From an uncultured Candidatus Saccharibacteria bacterium (GTDB lineage: Bacteria > Patescibacteriota > Minisyncoccia > Phycocordibacterales > UBA5272): DNA of 64,000 nt. Under the pieces are notes generated by a model. It saw only the letters and a program-made list of their open reading frames with translations, searched no databases and was not told the DNA's origin. The translations under genes and the position numbers were made by a program. Position 1 is the first letter of the stretch; each line of letters starts with the position of its first letter. Location of the stretch: positions 142,758-206,757 of the forward strand of contig CAZUPO010000001.1 in NCBI GenBank assembly GCA_964621595.1. Reading direction: 5' to 3'. Of the stretch, positions 58,669-64,000 are shown in pieces.

Positions 58669-59082
58669 TTAGAAGTCTGGAATATCTTGCCAAGAGGATA
58701 ACTGTATCAGCGGCGAAGTGGTCGCCACAATAACTCTTATTTTGCTTACCGTTTCTGAAGATGTACCTGAGACAGTTATGATTCTTTGACCACTACTAGA
58801 GGCAATCGTATAGCCGCACGTAGAAGATCCGTATGAGAGAGATCCAAACGAGGTGGTGGTTCCCGTCTCACGAATTTTTTGAAGGGCTTCTTCAACACAT
58901 GATGTGGCAACTTGTCTCGCCTGGTTTGATTGCATAAGTTGGAGGTCACTTTTAGTAAGACTAATACCTAAAAGAACAATGGAGAATGTAATCACACCCC
59001 CAATCACACTTAACCCAATAACAGAAAATAATGCTGCATAACCTCGTGGGCTCGATATATAATTTATAGGAAATATATTCAT
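58669..59082 (-). CDS. PilX-like minor pilin
   Basis: RGYAAL (no Glu5), A...A.SC.EEAL. Confidence 0.7.
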   Translation of the reverse strand: MNIFPINYISSPRGYAALFSVIGLSVIGGVITFSIVLLGISLTKSDLQLMQSNQARQVATSCVEEALQKIRETGTTTSFGSLSYGSSTCGYTIASSSGQRIITVSGTSSETVSKIRVIVATTSPLIQLSSWQDIPDF

Positions 59083-59085
59083 ACT

Positions 59086-59604
59086 CTATGGAACAAATGT
59101 TGCACTGCCTACAAATGATTTTGAATAAGAGTACTCTTGTCTACTTGTGCTTGTAGCAAATGATAACGTGAAAGAAACCCTCACAACTCCTTGTGTTGAT
59201 CCAATCGGAGAAATATTTTGAAATGTAGGAGCGCTGATTGTTACATGGGAATTGGTAAGACGTATAGGGGTACTTGTTCCCTCTTGTATATAAAGAGCAG
59301 AAGAGGAAGCAAAAAATACTGTTGGGTTTAGAATACCATTCGATGTTTGTATAACTAGTGTCGATGACGCAACAACAGGTTCAGGTGTTACCACGCTTTC
59401 TGCATTCCGTATAGTTTGTGTGATTAATTGCATGATCTGTAAACCTTGCTGATCAACCTCAGCAACAGTTTGCTGCCGAGTTCTTGATTCGAGAACTAAA
59501 AATACAGAGAACACGATGGCCAGCAACAATGTTGAGGAAACGAACACATAAAGTATTAGTTCCATTAATGTGAATCCTTTGCATGAATAAGTACGTTTCT
59601 TCAT
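59086..59604 (-). CDS. PilW-like minor pilin
   Basis: KGFTLMELILY, I...IRNA. Confidence 0.8.
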   Translation of the reverse strand: MKKRTYSCKGFTLMELILYVFVSSTLLLAIVFSVFLVLESRTRQQTVAEVDQQGLQIMQLITQTIRNAESVVTPEPVVASSTLVIQTSNGILNPTVFFASSSALYIQEGTSTPIRLTNSHVTISAPTFQNISPIGSTQGVVRVSFTLSFATSTSRQEYSYSKSFVGSATFVP

Positions 59605-59614
59605 AGATACTATT

Positions 59615-61915
59615 TTACTGTCGCCAGAAAGAAAACGAGAGTGGAGAGGAAATAATCTGTGGGAGCGTTGTTTCAAGTGCTCCACCATCTGAGTTTGACC
59701 AGACTGGTGTTGATAAGCCAGACATTATAAGACGTTTTGCATATAAATCACTTGCATTATCTGAAGTTGTAAACATCAACTGATCAGTGCTGTTTGGATC
59801 CATTTGAATATCCATGTAACCATGCGTTGGAAGCATAGAAGGGACGGCTACGAAATCTGTTTGCAGAGTAAAGACCCCCTGGTTACCAGTGTACCAACTA
59901 ATCCCACCGCCAGTACTATCAGAATACACCACCACTGACCGTGTTGTAGTACCGCTCGTAAGCCAGCCTGTAGTAACAAGTTTTGACCCAACGAATGGAG
60001 TTCCACACGACGTGTCTGCGTTTGCTGTGTTCGTCCATGTAGACCCGCTCCAATATCCCATCTGCAAGTCGCTTCCAGAGTTACCAATAGATGCAAATAC
60101 CATCTCATCACTAAGTGGGTTTGAAGAGAGGTCTAAATTTGTTGCATCATCAAGAAATGTTGGTGGAGTAGTCACTGAACCCCACGTGCACGTTGCCGTA
60201 CCTCCTGTACATGTACGATAACGAACCCCATTTGTTCCGTTTGTTCCACTACTATTAGCCCATACAAGCATTAAATCACCAGAGAGGGACTCGAATTCGA
60301 TGTCCATATTTTCTACATCATGTCCGGAAGAAATTCTCTCAACGTTTGCATCTGTTACAGCACTTGGCTCGTTCACCCAAGCATTACCATTCCACAATGC
60401 AACGGATATGTCATCACTTGTGTCGACCCATGTCATAGCCAAAAGACTTGAAGTAACCCTTCTATCCTCAGCAAGACGTACATACATAATATCATTTGAT
60501 GTTCGAGCAGGATCAAACAAAGACTCATTAGACCAACCAGAACCACACCCAGTGTCTCCGGTTTTCGTTCTATAACCAAGTTGACTAAAAACATGTGCAC
60601 CTTTACTAAACACAACCATTGCATCCCCTGTACTTTTTTCAAATGCGATATCAAAACGATGCCTGTTGCCAACCCCCCCTGAAGCAGCTGTAAATTCTTG
60701 ATACCAAGTAGCACCGTCAAAACACATTATCGTCAGTGTGCCCGTCGAATCATAATAGCCTGCAAGAGCAAGGTGCCGGCTTGGGGAAGTACGAATAATC
60801 CAGGTTGGGCCGACGGTAGCAATAAATGTCTGCGTCTCAGCACTGAATTGATCAGTGGAATTATTATATGTACGATATTTTGGAATATTTGAACCATCAC
60901 CATAAATAATAAGACCAGAGAGAGAGGATCCTCCATTTTGAACAATTTCTTCATTGGTAATTGTACATATTTTATTCTCTCCGGAATTAATAGAAATAGT
61001 TCCATTAGTAAAGCAATCTCCGCTGTAAGTTGTAGCATACTGCGAACTTGTGGCCTCGCTTACTGTGTAAGTGCCAGAATTGATTGTTGTGGTTGCTCCC
61101 GGAGTAACGACATTAGTACCTACACGATATGGAGCAAAATCATTTATTGTCTTAGAAAGGGTATGATTGATAACGTTTTTATATATAGTGATATATGAAA
61201 TTTTTTCTTCATTAGTTATAGTACACGTCTTACTGCTTGAGGTAGCAGAAATAGTTACCTGGCCAGCACTGGTACAGTCACCACTGAAAGTTTGATTATA
61301 GCGAGAATCGCTTGTTTCACTTACTATGTATGTTCCTGTGGGGAAAATTGTAGAACTTGCGAGAGTTACGGTTGTTGTACCAACCTTAAATGGACCAAAA
61401 TCGCTTGCGACACGAGTAAGACCGTGATTAATTACAATCTTGTTTACTAGAATACCAACACCTGGGTTCAGAGAATAATCTTGCCAATTAGTAAAACGGT
61501 TGGTAAGCACGAAGGTGCCAGTACGACCAGTTTTTTGTGGCCAAGTAACCATAACAGAGACATCTTTTCTGTCAGTATCAATGGAAGTAATGGTAACTTG
61601 TCGTGTAAAAATCCCCTGTACATCATTCGCACCCTGCAGTAGCCACTGTCCGCTAGTAAAAACAAGTCCATAGGTACCGTCAGCAAGCGTTGCAAAATTA
61701 ATGTCTCGTATGCTTCGCACAGCACTTAACCCTTCTTCTGCAATAAGCCCAGCACGAACCCTATCGCCAGAGAGGGTGGTACTTTCTTGACCATAAATAT
61801 AAGCACTAATAAACGCAGTTGAGAGTATAACAAACAGAGCAGCAGAAAGGACTACTTCTACGAGAAGAAATCCCTCGTTAGTAGTCGACCATGCCTTTTT
61901 GATTGATGATAACAT
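59615..61915 (-). CDS. PilV-like minor pilin with large C-terminal adhesin-like extension
   Basis: EGFLLVEVV, AEEG..AVRSIRD, FTRQVTI, V.VTW; two ~83-aa repeats; Ser/Thr/Gly/Trp-rich remainder. Confidence 0.8.
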   Translation of the reverse strand: MLSSIKKAWSTTNEGFLLVEVVLSAALFVILSTAFISAYIYGQESTTLSGDRVRAGLIAEEGLSAVRSIRDINFATLADGTYGLVFTSGQWLLQGANDVQGIFTRQVTITSIDTDRKDVSVMVTWPQKTGRTGTFVLTNRFTNWQDYSLNPGVGILVNKIVINHGLTRVASDFGPFKVGTTTVTLASSTIFPTGTYIVSETSDSRYNQTFSGDCTSAGQVTISATSSSKTCTITNEEKISYITIYKNVINHTLSKTINDFAPYRVGTNVVTPGATTTINSGTYTVSEATSSQYATTYSGDCFTNGTISINSGENKICTITNEEIVQNGGSSLSGLIIYGDGSNIPKYRTYNNSTDQFSAETQTFIATVGPTWIIRTSPSRHLALAGYYDSTGTLTIMCFDGATWYQEFTAASGGVGNRHRFDIAFEKSTGDAMVVFSKGAHVFSQLGYRTKTGDTGCGSGWSNESLFDPARTSNDIMYVRLAEDRRVTSSLLAMTWVDTSDDISVALWNGNAWVNEPSAVTDANVERISSGHDVENMDIEFESLSGDLMLVWANSSGTNGTNGVRYRTCTGGTATCTWGSVTTPPTFLDDATNLDLSSNPLSDEMVFASIGNSGSDLQMGYWSGSTWTNTANADTSCGTPFVGSKLVTTGWLTSGTTTRSVVVYSDSTGGGISWYTGNQGVFTLQTDFVAVPSMLPTHGYMDIQMDPNSTDQLMFTTSDNASDLYAKRLIMSGLSTPVWSNSDGGALETTLPQIISSPLSFSFWRQ

Positions 61916-62315
61916 TGCGTGTTTGATTTTCTAGGCCAGTTAAAGTAATCGTACCAGCCGCACTTGGAAGTCCATATAGTTTTGAAAAGGTAACCTCAGA
62001 CAATCCCGATACTATAATGTTCGTCGGAGTTCGTGTTTCTTCGTCAGAAGAGACATCTCGCGATATGTAACTATTCCCCTTGAAAATAAGTATACTCCCA
62101 TTTCCAACATAAACCCCCCATGGAGTATCCCCACTCCCTGTTTGGGAGAGAAGTTGCGCTCTTCGGAGGGACTGGACCAGGGTAATCATTGACACGTCAA
62201 GATCATTGCGTATTTGTAACATTCGATACGAAGGCACGGTCATTGCAAGAATGATTCCAAGGCAGGCCACAGAGAGTAACATTTCTATGAGTGTGAATCC
62301 TTGTCTATACTTCAT
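61878..62315 (-). CDS. FimT/FimU-like minor pilin
   Basis: QGFTLIEMLL, LRRAQ, F....G, IN..G.V. Confidence 0.8.
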   Translation of the reverse strand: MKYRQGFTLIEMLLSVACLGIILAMTVPSYRMLQIRNDLDVSMITLVQSLRRAQLLSQTGSGDTPWGVYVGNGSILIFKGNSYISRDVSSDEETRTPTNIIVSGLSEVTFSKLYGLPSAAGTITLTGLENQTRNVIINQKGMVDY

Positions 62316-62318
62316 AAC

Positions 62319-63707
62319 TTAGAATGTATTAAGATCACCAACGAGACTATAGATAGGAAGAATCACCGCGAACGCAACTGACACCACCCCGGCCCATACG
62401 ATAACAAGAAGAATAGGCTCCATGATGATGGTGAGATTTTTTGTTGTCTGATCAGATTTAGCCTCAAGTACCTGACCTATTTTGATAAGTGTTTTAGTAA
62501 GATTACCAGACTGCTCTCCAGAGATAACAAGTTGCTGAATCGGTATTGGTATTAGTTTTTCCATTGTCTTATAATTAGTAAAACTTTTTTGGAATGAGTT
62601 ACCAAGTTCAATAGAATCTCGGAGATAGGCGTAGAATTTTTTATAACGCAACACCTCTGATGCACCTTCGAGGGAATCTATCGCGCGGGTAACTGGAAGG
62701 CCTGCTTCAAGAAGTGTTCCGAGTAGATAACCAAAACGTGCGAGTTCTACCTCCGCCATCAGTGTTTTTATTCCAGGTATGGAGAATATAACTGCTTCAC
62801 CAATAAATTTTGTCCTTTTAAGGCCAAAGACTACATAAAATATAGCGAGCACAATGGTTGTACCAAGCGGAACAGCCCAAAGTCCATTTTGATTTAAGAA
62901 CAATCCAAATGACATAAGTATTCGTGTCACAAGTGGTAACGTCAATTTTAGATCGATGAAAATTTTTGCCAACTTCGGAAGAATGAACCAGGAAATTCCA
63001 ATACCAACAACAGCAGTAAGTACAAGTACAAACACGGGATACATAAGTGCTGACTTTACTTTAGAACGAAATTCTCGATCTTTTTCTTCCTGAAGAGCAA
63101 CTACTTTTAGATTCTCCGCAAATTTACCAGACTCTTCCCCGATACGAATAAGCGAAATAGTATATCCACGAAACATTCCTGTTCGTTCAAATGATTTCCA
63201 AAGAGGTGACCCTCCTTCTATTTCTGCGAGGACTCCTTCAAGAATTTTTTTCATTCGAGGATTTCTTTCTTCGATGACAATAGAAGTAAGAGCGCCAACG
63301 AGTGGCATACCTGAGAGCACGAGCATACTCAGATTTTCTATGAAATGATCCCGGTCTTTCGAGAGACCGAAGCGATCGAAATATGAGAGTTTTTTGAGAC
63401 CTAAACTTTTTGGAACAACTGGCGTTGCTACAACTGGTGCAGATGGTCCAGAAGAAGATGCTTTCGATGCATTGACTGATTCTTCGTTGGTGACACGAGA
63501 AGTACTTTTCTTACTACTAGCAACTGGCATCTCTCCCCCTTTTTCTGGTTGAGTGTTTGTACTTTTTGCACGAGAAAAAAGTTTACCCATCATTCCTGGC
63601 TTTTTCTCAACTGGAGCGCTGACATTCTGTTCTTCTTGGGGTGTGGTCGTTTCTTCTTTCGTTTCTTTAATTGCCTTTTTTGGTTTTGGTTTACTTACTT
63701 TTGGCAT
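62319..63707 (-). CDS. pilC: Type IV pilus platform protein PilC (T2SS F family)
   Basis: GEESG, SALMYP, GEQSG.L, IMEP; long low-complexity N-terminus. Confidence 0.92.
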   Translation of the reverse strand: MPKVSKPKPKKAIKETKEETTTPQEEQNVSAPVEKKPGMMGKLFSRAKSTNTQPEKGGEMPVASSKKSTSRVTNEESVNASKASSSGPSAPVVATPVVPKSLGLKKLSYFDRFGLSKDRDHFIENLSMLVLSGMPLVGALTSIVIEERNPRMKKILEGVLAEIEGGSPLWKSFERTGMFRGYTISLIRIGEESGKFAENLKVVALQEEKDREFRSKVKSALMYPVFVLVLTAVVGIGISWFILPKLAKIFIDLKLTLPLVTRILMSFGLFLNQNGLWAVPLGTTIVLAIFYVVFGLKRTKFIGEAVIFSIPGIKTLMAEVELARFGYLLGTLLEAGLPVTRAIDSLEGASEVLRYKKFYAYLRDSIELGNSFQKSFTNYKTMEKLIPIPIQQLVISGEQSGNLTKTLIKIGQVLEAKSDQTTKNLTIIMEPILLVIVWAGVVSVAFAVILPIYSLVGDLNTF

Positions 63708-64000
63708 TGGTCTTTGCTGGTTTCTTCTTAGATTCTTTTACATTTTTGACACTGCCAGATTTCGTAGGGACATCCATCAGTCGATCAGGAGGAGGAGCGA
63801 TACGGACAAGTTCTTCGATAGTTGTCACCCCTCGCATCACTTTATCAAGCCCGTCTTCAAACACACTCTTAGCCCCTTCTTGGCGAGCGAGAGTCCATAT
63901 CTCTGCAGCAGATGGGCGCTTCACAATGAGTTCTTGCAAACTTGGGGTGATCTTAATCACTTCGTAAATAGATGTTCTTCCTTTGTATCCGGTAAAACCA
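63691..64000 (-). CDS. pilB: PilB/GspE assembly ATPase (3' end only)
   Basis: GYKGRTSIYE, DGL.KV.RG.TT.EE..R. Confidence 0.9.
   Translation of the reverse strand, partial: GFTGYKGRTSIYEVIKITPSLQELIVKRPSAAEIWTLARQEGAKSVFEDGLDKVMRGVTTIEELVRIAPPPDRLMDVPTKSGSVKNVKESKKKPAKTNAKSK

Overview
Chromosomal window from a small-genome bacterium. Gene content and style point to Patescibacteria/CPR, probably Parcubacteria (inference). Housekeeping genes include the F1Fo ATP synthase operon, mnmA, uvrB, tgt, malic enzyme, a pentose-phosphate/glycolysis block (fba, PfkB kinase, split tkt, rpe, rpiB, gap), tRNA-Trp, rpmG, glyQS, gyrA, rpsA, pth, lepB, hisS, rpsU, ybeY, ftsA/ftsZ and trxB. There is also an HTH-MurA fusion, an array of VirB2/TrbC-like pilin genes and a type IV pilus cluster. 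No CRISPR array, rRNA, integrase or transposase is visible. The main unexplained pattern is two expression styles side by side. Housekeeping genes (about 40% GC in the line I counted) lack Shine-Dalgarno (SD) sequences, and many have a -10 box only 7-12 nt before the ATG. Scattered among them are GC-rich stand-alone units with a canonical sigma70 promoter, a YAACC-like tract, a strong SD, one or two orphan ORFs and a long GC hairpin. Three GC-rich units with the same layout look like structured ncRNAs, and a fourth rod-like RNA candidate precedes tRNA-Trp. Other signals are a 20/21-nt palindrome inserted in frame into GAPDH, TAG-N4 heptamer arrays, and a candidate operator over the HTH-murA promoter. 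All calls come from reading the sequence; no searches or folding programs were run.
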